DNA of 51,731 nt, taken from the NCBI GenBank assembly GCA_019923605.1, contig JAHXGM010000002.1, positions 1 through 51,731 of the forward strand, given 5' to 3'. Positions 28,664 to 37,825 of this stretch are shown piece after piece. The number at the start of each line of letters is the position of its first letter. Within the stretch, counting starts at the first letter, position 1. The notes below the pieces were generated by a model that was not told where the DNA came from, made no database searches, and saw only the letters and a program-made list of their open reading frames with translations. Origin of the DNA: Candidatus Nealsonbacteria bacterium. GTDB taxonomy: Bacteria; Patescibacteriota; Minisyncoccia; Minisyncoccales; CSSED10-335. Both the position numbers and the translations under genes were made by a program.

Positions 28664-30261
28664 ATATCCAAGAGATTAATAACTTTCTTTCGATCAGCTG
28701 CCCAGAGAAAGGTTGATAGTCTGGGACCCGTATCTTTTCCGATTAGGAGATTATAGACATCTTTAAAGAAAGCCCTCTGAAGGGGAGCATTTTCTTTAAT
28801 AGATAGCTCCTCTTTTTTAGGAATAGCGTAAACTATTGTATCTAATTCTTTTATTGAAAGGTCTTCCTTTTCTTTCAATGATTCCATTAAAGAATTTACC
28901 TGTTCTTTTTGCTCAGGATTCATTTGATTAACATAAACAAAATTAATTTGATCTAGGATTCTTATTACTTGATCATTATTGTATTTTTCTAACCAGTTCT
29001 TGGCTTTTTCAATTCTTTCATCAATTGATTTAGGATCGTAGTTGAGTTCCATACCTTTAAGGATATGACTCAATTTATTTTTATCCCACTGTACAATTTG
29101 ACCAAAGGCAACCGCCTGTCGAAAAGGAATATTTGGTAGTCTATCTTCTTGATAAACACCAGAAAGATTCAACGCGAATTTTCCTGAATTTTCGAGTGTC
29201 CCCTCGTTCAGTTTTAAAATATCATTATCAAACTCACTGTATTGTTTGTATATTTCGCTACCGAAAGAAAGTTCAAAGGTTTGGTTTGGTATTCTTCTGA
29301 AATAAGTCCATTTAAGTAGTTCTGGGGTATATATTTCAAGAAGATCATCAGGGGAAATAACATTACCCTTAGATCCGGACATTTTACTGCCCAACCCTTG
29401 TATTCCAACGAATAGATATTCTTGAAATAAGGGGGGAGTGATATCGAATATATCTTTAGCGATATTTTTGGATACATCGTAGCTTCCTCCAGGAGCTGCA
29501 TGATCTGCTCCGCCTGGCTCAAAGTTAACTTCTTCTTCTTTCCATCGCATAGCCCAATCAACTTTCCAGGATAATTTTACGATTCTTTTTTTTCTTATAT
29601 CAATAGTTTCGGTCTTTCCACTATCAAAGCATTTATAAGTTATCGTTGAGTTGCCGTCATAATCAATAACTTTTGTGTTATCCTTTCCGGTAAATTGAGA
29701 ATAGACTGAAATAGGATAATATTCATTTTTATATTTTTCAGGATCAATATTTTTATTAGCTTTTCCCTTTTCACTCATAAAAGATAAGAGAATATCGGCT
29801 AATTCTTTTCTTTTTCGAAGAGCATGAATAATGAGATCATCATATCTTCCAGAATTGTATTCTTTTGTTTGATATCGGTAGTCTAATTCAATTCCAACAG
29901 CTTCCATGGCTTTCTCAAATTTCTTTTCAAATTTTTCAGCGTAAGAAGAATAGTTTTCATTAGGAGAAGGAATAGCTGATAACGACGTACCAATATATTC
30001 TTCAAAAGAGGGGTCAATGCCATGGGGGACTTTTCTAAGTCTATCATAATCATCCCAAGAGAAAATTAGGCGAACTTTTTTACCTTTCTTTTTAAGAGCT
30101 TCGGCCACAGCATAGGCGGTTGCCACATCTCTAAAATTTCCAAAATGAACTACACCTGAGGGGCTTATCCCTGCTGCACAGGTATAGGTATCGTTATTAG
30201 GAAATCGTTCAATTACTTGATCAGCTATTTTCTCTGACCAATGTTGATTATGATTTGTCAT
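28648..30261 (-). CDS. lysK: Class I (archaeal/spirochaete-type) lysyl-tRNA synthetase
   Basis: GISPSGVVHFGNFRD (HIGH-type) and KMSGSKGN (KMSKS-type) in a 537-aa protein. This is a Rossmann-fold class I architecture, not the class II LysS type. Confidence 0.88.
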   Translation of the reverse strand: MTNHNQHWSEKIADQVIERFPNNDTYTCAAGISPSGVVHFGNFRDVATAYAVAEALKKKGKKVRLIFSWDDYDRLRKVPHGIDPSFEEYIGTSLSAIPSPNENYSSYAEKFEKKFEKAMEAVGIELDYRYQTKEYNSGRYDDLIIHALRKRKELADILLSFMSEKGKANKNIDPEKYKNEYYPISVYSQFTGKDNTKVIDYDGNSTITYKCFDSGKTETIDIRKKRIVKLSWKVDWAMRWKEEEVNFEPGGADHAAPGGSYDVSKNIAKDIFDITPPLFQEYLFVGIQGLGSKMSGSKGNVISPDDLLEIYTPELLKWTYFRRIPNQTFELSFGSEIYKQYSEFDNDILKLNEGTLENSGKFALNLSGVYQEDRLPNIPFRQAVAFGQIVQWDKNKLSHILKGMELNYDPKSIDERIEKAKNWLEKYNNDQVIRILDQINFVYVNQMNPEQKEQVNSLMESLKEKEDLSIKELDTIVYAIPKKEELSIKENAPLQRAFFKDVYNLLIGKDTGPRLSTFLWAADRKKVINLLDIKKGS

Positions 30262-30314
30262 AAGTTACTTTTATCAAAAAAAGAACCTTATGGCAATGAA
30301 AAAAGCCCCATAAT

Positions 30315-30506
30315 TTAATATGAGGTTTTTGAATCTTGAGAAGGATAGTAGAGATCCTGACGTTTTTTCATTCCTCGTTTTTGTTCTTTCCAGATGGTCG
30401 TTCTTCCTTTTCTTAAAAGCTTTGCTATTTCCTTCTTCTTTGTCTTGGTTCTTAGCAGAACAGATAGCTGATTTTTCTGTTCTAGTGTAAAATGTTTGTA
30501 GGACAT
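30315..30506 (-). pseudogene. IS30-family transposase N-terminal HTH fragment
   Basis: MSYKHFTLEQKNQLSVLLRTKTKKKEIAKLLRKGRTTIWKEQKRG matches the IS30 N-terminal HTH (MxYxHLTxxERxxI...EIAxxLxRxxSTIxRExxRN). Only 63 codons remain and there is no catalytic domain. Confidence 0.65.
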
Positions 30507-30693
30507 GTTGTTTGTTGGTTAATTAATGATGTCTCATTAATTATTTTACCCGAAAACACATGCTCTTTTAATTTATTTTGATGTTTCACTTCGGAGTAGA
30601 ATGTACCAGAGATTGATTTTTCGGTATAATAGGGTATAGTATATAAAAGTTTCAAATGAACCCCCCGTAGTAGATAAATCGGGGAGATTTTTT

Positions 30694-32511
30694 ATGTTTA
30701 AATTAGTATCAAAATTTAATCCTGCAGGTGATCAGCCTAAAACTATTAAGGCCTTGAATAAAGGTTTAGAAAAAAATTATAGATTCCAGACTCTTTTGGG
30801 TGTGACTGGATCAGGAAAGACATTTGTAGTTTCGAATATAATTTCTAATTTTCAAAAACCAACCTTGGTCATTGCTCCGAACAAAGTTTTGGCAGCACAG
30901 CTTTATAGGGAATATAAGTCTTTTTTCCCAAACAATAAAGTTTGCTACTTTGTTTCTTATTACGATTACTATCAACCAGAAGCCTACATTCCTTCTAGTG
31001 ATACTTATATTGGAAAAGAATCAATGATTAATGAAGATATTGATAGATTAAGACATGATACGACATCTTCTCTTATGACGCGAAAAGACGTAATCGTTGT
31101 AGCTTCAGTTTCTTGTATATATAACTTGGGAGTACCAGTTAATTATTTTAGCTCAGCAATCTATTTAGAAAAGGGAAAAATTATAACCAGGAGTGATTTA
31201 ATTTCTGAGTTAATAAAAATAAACTTTACAAGAACCAATGTAGATCTAAAGAGGGGTGACTTTAGATTGAGAGGTGATACTTTTGAAATAAGACCAGCTT
31301 CTGGAGAAGTGCTTTATAAGGTTATCTTAAAAGATCAAAAAATTGAAGAATTATCAGTAATAGATGAAATGACTAGAAAAGTACTATATGACCTAAACGA
31401 GGCCGTTATTTTTCCTCCTAAGCATTTTATTTCTAGTGAGCCAGAAACAGAGGAAGCAATTAAAAATATAGAAAGTGAACTTAAAGAAAGGGTTGATTTC
31501 TTGAAAGAGAAAGGAAAGTGGTTAGAAGCTGAAAGGTTAGATAAAAAGGCAAGAAATGATTTAGCTATGATGAAAATAGTTGGTTATTGCCATGGAATAG
31601 AAAACTATTCAAGACATTTAACCGGTAAGCTTCCGGGAGAACCACCAGAGTCATTGCTTTCATATTTTCCTTACAAAGACGGAAAACCGGATTTTTTAAC
31701 CGTAATAGATGAATCACATATTGCAGTTCCACAAATAAGGGGAATGTATGAGGGAGATAAAGCTAGAAAGAAGACTTTAATTGAGCATGGTTTTAGGCTT
31801 CCGTCTGCATTAGATAATCGACCACTTAGATTCGACGAATTTCTTAAAAGAGTTGGTCCGGTAATATTTACCTCTGCAACTCCATCATCTTTTGAGGTAA
31901 GTAATTCAGAACAAGTTGTCGAACAAATCATAAGACCAACCTTTTTGGTTGACCCTGAGATTGAGATAAGATCAGTTTTTGATGTTAAAAACAATAAGAG
32001 TCAGATTGATGATTTAGTTTCAGAAGCCCAAAAAATGACTGAAGGGAGAATAATTGTTAATACTTTAACTAAGAAGATGGCTGAAGAATTAAATGAATTC
32101 TTAAACAACAAAGGTATTAAATCTAACTTCATGCATTCAGAAACTAAAACGTTAGAGCGAGCAAAAATTTTAACTGAATTCAGAAGGGGAACTTTCAATG
32201 TTTTAGTTGGAGTTAACTTACTACGAGAAGGGTTAGATCTTCCCGAAGTTTCTTTAGTCTTTATTCTAGACGGAGATAGGGAAGGATTTCTAAGAAGTAG
32301 GACCAGCTTGATTCAGTTAATGGGTAGAGCAGCTAGAAACTTAGACGGTAAAGTTATAATTTATGCAGATTCTATAACCGGTTCAATAAAAGAGGGTATT
32401 GATGAAGCAAAAAGAAGAAGGAAAATTCAACTGGAATATAATAAGAAGAATAATACAAAACCTACGGGTATTCAAAAAGATATTATATCATTTATAGATT
32501 TAGAAAAATGA
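30694..32511 (+). CDS. uvrB: Excinuclease ABC subunit B, lacking the C-terminal UVR domain
   Basis: PAGDQPKTIKAL, GVTGSGKTF, DESH, and helicase motifs through LMGRAARN. It ends at ...GIQKDIISFIDLEK, where canonical UvrB continues into a linker and UVR coiled coil. Confidence 0.93.
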   Translation: MFKLVSKFNPAGDQPKTIKALNKGLEKNYRFQTLLGVTGSGKTFVVSNIISNFQKPTLVIAPNKVLAAQLYREYKSFFPNNKVCYFVSYYDYYQPEAYIPSSDTYIGKESMINEDIDRLRHDTTSSLMTRKDVIVVASVSCIYNLGVPVNYFSSAIYLEKGKIITRSDLISELIKINFTRTNVDLKRGDFRLRGDTFEIRPASGEVLYKVILKDQKIEELSVIDEMTRKVLYDLNEAVIFPPKHFISSEPETEEAIKNIESELKERVDFLKEKGKWLEAERLDKKARNDLAMMKIVGYCHGIENYSRHLTGKLPGEPPESLLSYFPYKDGKPDFLTVIDESHIAVPQIRGMYEGDKARKKTLIEHGFRLPSALDNRPLRFDEFLKRVGPVIFTSATPSSFEVSNSEQVVEQIIRPTFLVDPEIEIRSVFDVKNNKSQIDDLVSEAQKMTEGRIIVNTLTKKMAEELNEFLNNKGIKSNFMHSETKTLERAKILTEFRRGTFNVLVGVNLLREGLDLPEVSLVFILDGDREGFLRSRTSLIQLMGRAARNLDGKVIIYADSITGSIKEGIDEAKRRRKIQLEYNKKNNTKPTGIQKDIISFIDLEK

Positions 32512-34988
32512 AAGAAATAAAAATAAAGGGCGCAAGAACCCATAATTTAAAAAATATCAGCATTAATATACCAAAAGATAAGTTAGTTGTTTTTACTGGT
32601 GTTTCTGGTAGTGGTAAGTCTAGTCTAGCTTTTGATACTATCTTTGCTGAGGGGCAACGAAGGTATGTGGACTCACTTTCTCCCTATGCTCGGCAATTTA
32701 TGGGTCAGATGGATAGGCCTGATGTTGATAGTATAGAAGGGTTATCCCCTGCCATTGCAATTAATCAAAAGGCTCTTTCTCATAATCCTCGATCAATAGT
32801 TGCAACTTTGACTGAGATATATGACTACATGAGAGTTCTTTGGGCCCGAATTGGTCAAGCATATTGTCCACTTTGTTCTAGGGAAATAAAAAAACTTACA
32901 ATAGATGAAATATTCTCAATTATTATTGATAAGGCCAATGAGTTAAAAGTTGATCATATTACCATTCTTTCGCCTGTTGTAAGAGGAAGAAAGGGAGAAT
33001 ATTATCAATTGCTTTATGATTTTCTTCATAAGGGTTTTTCAAAAGCTCGAATCGATGGTGAAATGAAGTCTCTTCATGAAAGAGTGGTTTTATCGAGATA
33101 TAAAACTCATGACATCGAAATAGTAATTGATCAGCTTTTATCTGATGAAAAAACCAGATTATTTGAAGCCTTAGAACAAGCATTAAATTATAGTGATGGA
33201 TTAGTTAATATAATTTTTGGAGAAACAGAAAATGAACTATTACTTTCTTCTCGTTGGGCTTGTGCTCATGATGGGTTTTCTTTCGGTGAGATAGAGCCTC
33301 GTCTTTTTTCATTTAATAGTCCTTATGGTGCATGTGGAACTTGTCATGGAATTGGAAAAGAGAGTTTCTTCGCCGAAGAACCTTGTCCTTCATGTAATGG
33401 AAAAAGATTAAAAGATGAAGCTCTTTCTATCAAAATTAGAGGTCATAACATTTGGGATGTTGCGTCCTTAAGTATCGAGAAAGCAAGCGAATTGTTTTTA
33501 TCCTTAGAACCTCTCTTAAATGAAAAAGAGAAAAAAGTTTCTGCAGGATTGGTAGTGGAAATATCATCGCGCTTAGAATTCTTACTTGAAGTGGGTCTTG
33601 ATTATATATGCCTTAACCAGGAAGCGTCTACTCTTTCAAGGGGTGAAGCACAAAGAATTAGGCTTGCTAGTCAGATCGGATCAAAACTTTCCGGAACTTT
33701 GTATGTATTAGATGAGCCGACCATTGGTCTTCATGAAAGAGATAATGAGAAATTGATACAAACTCTAAAGAATTTAAGAAATCTTGGTAATACTGTAATA
33801 GTCGTTGAACACGACGAGCAAGTCATTAGAGCATCCGATTATTTAATTGACTTAGGTCCTGGAGCCGGTATCCAGGGAGGAAAAGTAATAGTCGCTGGGG
33901 ATACTAATAAATTAATAAAAGATAAAACTAACAAATCTTTAACTTTAGATTATCTTAGGGGAGAAAAAGATATTGGAACACCTGGAAAGAGAACTAAAAG
34001 AACAGAGAGTCTTAAGATTATAGGTGCGCGATTGAATAATTTGAAAAATGTTGATGTAGAGATACCATTAAGAAAGCTGGTTGCAATCAGTGGAGTTTCG
34101 GGTGGAGGAAAATCTAGTCTTTTAGAGGTTATATATAAAAATACAAATAATATGCTCCATGGGTTTAAAGATTCACTTGAAGATGTCTCAAGGGTTTTAG
34201 GGACCGAATATATTAATCGGGTGGTTGAGGTTGATCAAAGCCCAATTGGGCGAACTCCTCGATCTAATCCAGCAACTTACACAGGTCTTTTTACGCCAAT
34301 TAGAGAGCTTTTTTCTAACCTTGAGGACTCAAGGAGGCGAGGGTACAACAAGAGTCATTTTTCTTTCAATGTAAAAGGTGGAAGGTGTGAAGCTTGTACT
34401 GGAGCTGGTTTTAATTTAATAGAAATGCATTTCTTGCCTCCAATTCTTGTTAGGTGTGAAGTTTGTAAGGGGAAGAGGTTTAATAGGGAAGTTTTAGAAG
34501 TAAAATATAATGATAAGAATATTTCTGATATTCTTAATATGAGTGTTGATGAAGCCTTAGATTTCTTCAAAGACATTTATTCAGTGGTTGAAAAGCTTAA
34601 GGTCTTAGAAGATATTGGATTAGGATACATTAAATTGGGTCAAAATGCTCCCACTCTTTCAGGAGGAGAGGCTCAGCGAGTAAAGCTTGCAAAGGAACTT
34701 TCAAATGCTTCAATAAAAACAGTTTATCTTTTAGATGAACCAACTACCGGGCTTCATTATCATGACATTAATCTTTTACTTAAAATAATTCAAAGACTTA
34801 TTGATCGGGGAAATACCGTAGTTGTTATTGAGCATAATCTTCATTTAATAAGGTCATGTGATTGGGTAATTGATCTTGGGCCGGGAGGTGGAGAAAATGG
34901 TGGCAAGATAGTAGCTACCGGAACTCCTAAAGAAATATCTAATAATAAGAATTCGTTCACTGGAAAATTTTTAAAGAAAGTAATGTGA
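32508..34988 (+). CDS. uvrA: Excinuclease ABC subunit A, apparently lacking the insertion domain
   Basis: Two ABC modules (GVSGSGKSSL and GVSGGGKSSL; LSRGEAQR and LSGGEAQR) and zinc modules. CGTCHGIGKESFFAEEPCPSCNGKRL leaves only about 10 residues where E. coli UvrA carries an insertion domain of about 100 aa. It is 826 aa, against about 940 aa. Confidence 0.92.
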   Translation: MKEIKIKGARTHNLKNISINIPKDKLVVFTGVSGSGKSSLAFDTIFAEGQRRYVDSLSPYARQFMGQMDRPDVDSIEGLSPAIAINQKALSHNPRSIVATLTEIYDYMRVLWARIGQAYCPLCSREIKKLTIDEIFSIIIDKANELKVDHITILSPVVRGRKGEYYQLLYDFLHKGFSKARIDGEMKSLHERVVLSRYKTHDIEIVIDQLLSDEKTRLFEALEQALNYSDGLVNIIFGETENELLLSSRWACAHDGFSFGEIEPRLFSFNSPYGACGTCHGIGKESFFAEEPCPSCNGKRLKDEALSIKIRGHNIWDVASLSIEKASELFLSLEPLLNEKEKKVSAGLVVEISSRLEFLLEVGLDYICLNQEASTLSRGEAQRIRLASQIGSKLSGTLYVLDEPTIGLHERDNEKLIQTLKNLRNLGNTVIVVEHDEQVIRASDYLIDLGPGAGIQGGKVIVAGDTNKLIKDKTNKSLTLDYLRGEKDIGTPGKRTKRTESLKIIGARLNNLKNVDVEIPLRKLVAISGVSGGGKSSLLEVIYKNTNNMLHGFKDSLEDVSRVLGTEYINRVVEVDQSPIGRTPRSNPATYTGLFTPIRELFSNLEDSRRRGYNKSHFSFNVKGGRCEACTGAGFNLIEMHFLPPILVRCEVCKGKRFNREVLEVKYNDKNISDILNMSVDEALDFFKDIYSVVEKLKVLEDIGLGYIKLGQNAPTLSGGEAQRVKLAKELSNASIKTVYLLDEPTTGLHYHDINLLLKIIQRLIDRGNTVVVIEHNLHLIRSCDWVIDLGPGGGENGGKIVATGTPKEISNNKNSFTGKFLKKVM

Positions 34989-36127
34989 GAAAAATATTTG
35001 ATGATATAAGAAAAGCTCCTAATAGTCCTGGCATATATGTCTTTCAGGATAAGAAAGGCGTTCCTTTGTATGTGGGAAGATCGGTTAATTTAAGAGAAAG
35101 ACTAAAGAGCTACTTAAATCCAATCGATCCCAGAATTAAGGCTCTAAGAGATGAGAGCTATGATCTTAAGGTAGTAACCTATGAGACTATCCTAGAAACA
35201 TTCATTGAAGAGGCTAGTTTAATCAAGAAATGTCAACCAAAGTACAACATTAAAGAAAAAGACGATAGGTCTTTTATTTACATATCAATTCCCAAAGAAA
35301 ATTGGAGTTACCCAAGACTGATTAGGGGTAGATTAATTTTTAAAAATGACGGAGAAGTTTTCGGACCTTTTAGAAGTCTTCGAATTGCAAAATCAATACT
35401 TCTTATTTTAAGAAAAGTTTTTCCTTATAGTTCATGTAAGTTGGATTTAGGTAAGCCTTGTTTTCATCGTCAAATCGATCTCTGTCCAGGTAAGTGTACC
35501 GGAGAAATAACTAAAAACGAATACAATAGAATTATTAAATATTTAAGACTTTTTCTTGGTGGAGAGAAAGAGAAGTCAGTAAGATTTTTAAAAAAATATT
35601 ATCCGAAAAGATTTCAGATATTAGAAATGATTGATGATTCTTTATTAATAGTAAATGAAGATAATTTGCCCTATTGGCCAAAGAAGATGAGAATAGAGGG
35701 TTATGATATATCTCATTTCGCAGGCAAAGAAACAGTTGGATCTATGGTAGTATTCAAAGATGGAGAGCCAGATAAAAAAGAGTATCGTCTTTTTAAAATA
35801 AGGGGTGATTTTCATGGTGATGATATCGGAGCCCTTAGGGAAGTTTTTGAAAGAAGAATTAAGCATTCTGAATGGAAAATGCCAGATCTTATTTTAGTTG
35901 ATGGAGGAAAGGCTCAAGTTAATGTTTTTGATAAAATTCTTTTAGAGAATAAGATTAAAATACCAGTTTTAGGTATTGCAAAAAATAGTGGAGATAAACT
36001 GGTGTTGGGCAAATACTTAAAAGAAAACAATACTTCATTAGAAACACTAATCTTGATAAGAGATGAAGCACATAGGTTTTCTAACTCCCTTCGTAAGAAG
36101 ATTTATAAAAAAAAGATGCTTAGATAA
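34985..36127 (+). CDS. uvrC: Excinuclease ABC subunit C, minimal form (GIY-YIG plus RNase H-like endonuclease; no UVR or HhH2 domains)
   Basis: GIYVFQDKKGVPLYVGRSVNLRERLKSY (GIY-YIG), the Cys-rich CFHRQIDLCPGKC, and RIEGYDISHFAGKETVGSMVVF...EYRLFKI...LILVDGGKAQ. It is 380 aa, against about 600 aa. Confidence 0.9.
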   Translation: MRKIFDDIRKAPNSPGIYVFQDKKGVPLYVGRSVNLRERLKSYLNPIDPRIKALRDESYDLKVVTYETILETFIEEASLIKKCQPKYNIKEKDDRSFIYISIPKENWSYPRLIRGRLIFKNDGEVFGPFRSLRIAKSILLILRKVFPYSSCKLDLGKPCFHRQIDLCPGKCTGEITKNEYNRIIKYLRLFLGGEKEKSVRFLKKYYPKRFQILEMIDDSLLIVNEDNLPYWPKKMRIEGYDISHFAGKETVGSMVVFKDGEPDKKEYRLFKIRGDFHGDDIGALREVFERRIKHSEWKMPDLILVDGGKAQVNVFDKILLENKIKIPVLGIAKNSGDKLVLGKYLKENNTSLETLILIRDEAHRFSNSLRKKIYKKKMLR

Positions 36128-36321
36128 CGATTTGATTTTATTGATATTTAAGTTATAATTCCTTGGGTAATAAGAACAGATAGGTCTTGTGAAGGTCATA
36201 GTGGGGGATATTTTTCATACAAACTAAGCTGAAATATGATTTTAGTTTTGACATTCTTTCATTTTAAAGAAAAATATTGGAAGGCAGTTTTTTATGTAAT
36301 ATTAAAAGCAATAAAGAAATT

Positions 36322-37599
36322 ATGATAGATGATGATAAAAAACTTTTTGAGAATCCGATATCAATCTCAAATTACATAGATCTTCTCAATCAGGTCCTCA
36401 AGAAAATGAGGGTTAAACTTATTGGAGAGGTAACCCAATTAAAATTTCACATCCCAAGTGGACATGTTTATTTCACTCTTAAAGATAAGGATAATGGCAG
36501 TATTATTAATTGTGTTATTTGGAAATCAGTCTATCAAATGTGCGGAGTCAAGTTAAAGGAAGGAATGGAGGTGGTTATTTTAGGAAGCGCTGACATCTAT
36601 CCTGTAAGGGGATCTCTTACGTTTAAGGCAGAAACTGTAGAGCTAGTTGGAGAGGGGGCTCTTAAGAAAGCCTATGACGAGTTAAAGAAAAAACTATCCG
36701 AAGAAGGTATTTTTGATTTAGAGAAGAAAAGGCCAATACCTGAATATCCTCAAAAAATAGGGGTAATAACTTCAATTCACGGAGGTACGGTTATTCATGA
36801 TTTTACTAGTAATTTAGGAAAATTCGGTTTTAAAATAAAAGCGATGAATTCAAAAGTTGAGGGACAGGAGGCAGTGAAGGAGCTCATTAATTGCATAAGA
36901 TCATTTAAGAAAAAAGATATAGATGTTTTAGTTATTATAAGAGGTGGGGGATCACTAGAATCACTAATGGCCTTTGATAACGAAATGTTAGTTCGAGAAA
37001 TAAGTTCTTTTCCTGTTCCGGTGATTGCAGGAATAGGTCATCATAAAGACGTGACACTATCTTCACTGGCTGCTGATGCGATGGAATCAACGCCAACTGC
37101 TACTGCTCATATTTTAAATAAATCCTGGGAGAGAGCTATATATAAAGTTGATAGATTTCAAAGCCAGATATTACAATCTTATTCCAACGATTTAATAAAG
37201 GGGAATAAAACAATTAATCGATCAACTGATAAAATAATGCAGTTTTTTAGATCAATTTTTGATGACTATAAGAAAATAGAAGAAAAAATTAAGAGAAATG
37301 TTTTTAGAATGAAAGATCTAATTATTCAAGAAAGGAGAAATATAGACAATTTCAATTCATCTTTAATTAGAGGTTTCTTGTTTCTTAAAGATAAAACTGA
37401 TAAGAATATATCTGAGCTAGAAAAGACTGTTAACCATAATAGCCCTGAAAGGCAGTTAAAATTAGGCTATAGTATAGCTAGATTTAATGGATCAATACTA
37501 AGAAGCGTTAAAGAATTAAATCTAGGCGACAATATAACTGTTGATTTATTAGATGGATCCATTGATTCAGAGGTTAAAAATAAAAAAGATAAAAAATAA
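36322..37599 (+). CDS. xseA: Exodeoxyribonuclease VII large subunit
   Basis: OB-fold N-terminus ISISNYIDLLNQVL...GEVTQLKFHIPSGHVYFTLKD and the catalytic region IIRGGGSLESLMAFDNE. The ATG at 36322 is preferred over the upstream TTG at 36277. Confidence 0.9.
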   Translation: MIDDDKKLFENPISISNYIDLLNQVLKKMRVKLIGEVTQLKFHIPSGHVYFTLKDKDNGSIINCVIWKSVYQMCGVKLKEGMEVVILGSADIYPVRGSLTFKAETVELVGEGALKKAYDELKKKLSEEGIFDLEKKRPIPEYPQKIGVITSIHGGTVIHDFTSNLGKFGFKIKAMNSKVEGQEAVKELINCIRSFKKKDIDVLVIIRGGGSLESLMAFDNEMLVREISSFPVPVIAGIGHHKDVTLSSLAADAMESTPTATAHILNKSWERAIYKVDRFQSQILQSYSNDLIKGNKTINRSTDKIMQFFRSIFDDYKKIEEKIKRNVFRMKDLIIQERRNIDNFNSSLIRGFLFLKDKTDKNISELEKTVNHNSPERQLKLGYSIARFNGSILRSVKELNLGDNITVDLLDGSIDSEVKNKKDKK

Positions 37600-37601
37600 T
37601 T

Positions 37602-37823
37602 ATGAGTAAAAAAAATATTAACGATAATTTAAAAAAACTATCTGAAATTGCAGAATGGTTTGATAACAGGGATGAAGTTGATGTAGAGGAGGGATTGAAA
37701 AAAGTAAAAGATGCAGTAGCTATCATAAAGGAAAGCAAAGAAAGACTAAAAGAGATAGAGAATGAGTTTGAAGAAATAAAAAACAGTATGGATGAAGAAT
37801 TGCCCGAAGATAGCGACATGTAG
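37602..37823 (+). CDS. xseB: Exodeoxyribonuclease VII small subunit
   Basis: 73 aa, helical. LSEIAEWFDNRDEVDVEEGLKKVKDAVAIIKESKERL. It directly follows xseA. Confidence 0.85.
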   Translation: MSKKNINDNLKKLSEIAEWFDNRDEVDVEEGLKKVKDAVAIIKESKERLKEIENEFEEIKNSMDEELPEDSDM

Positions 37824-37825
37824 TT

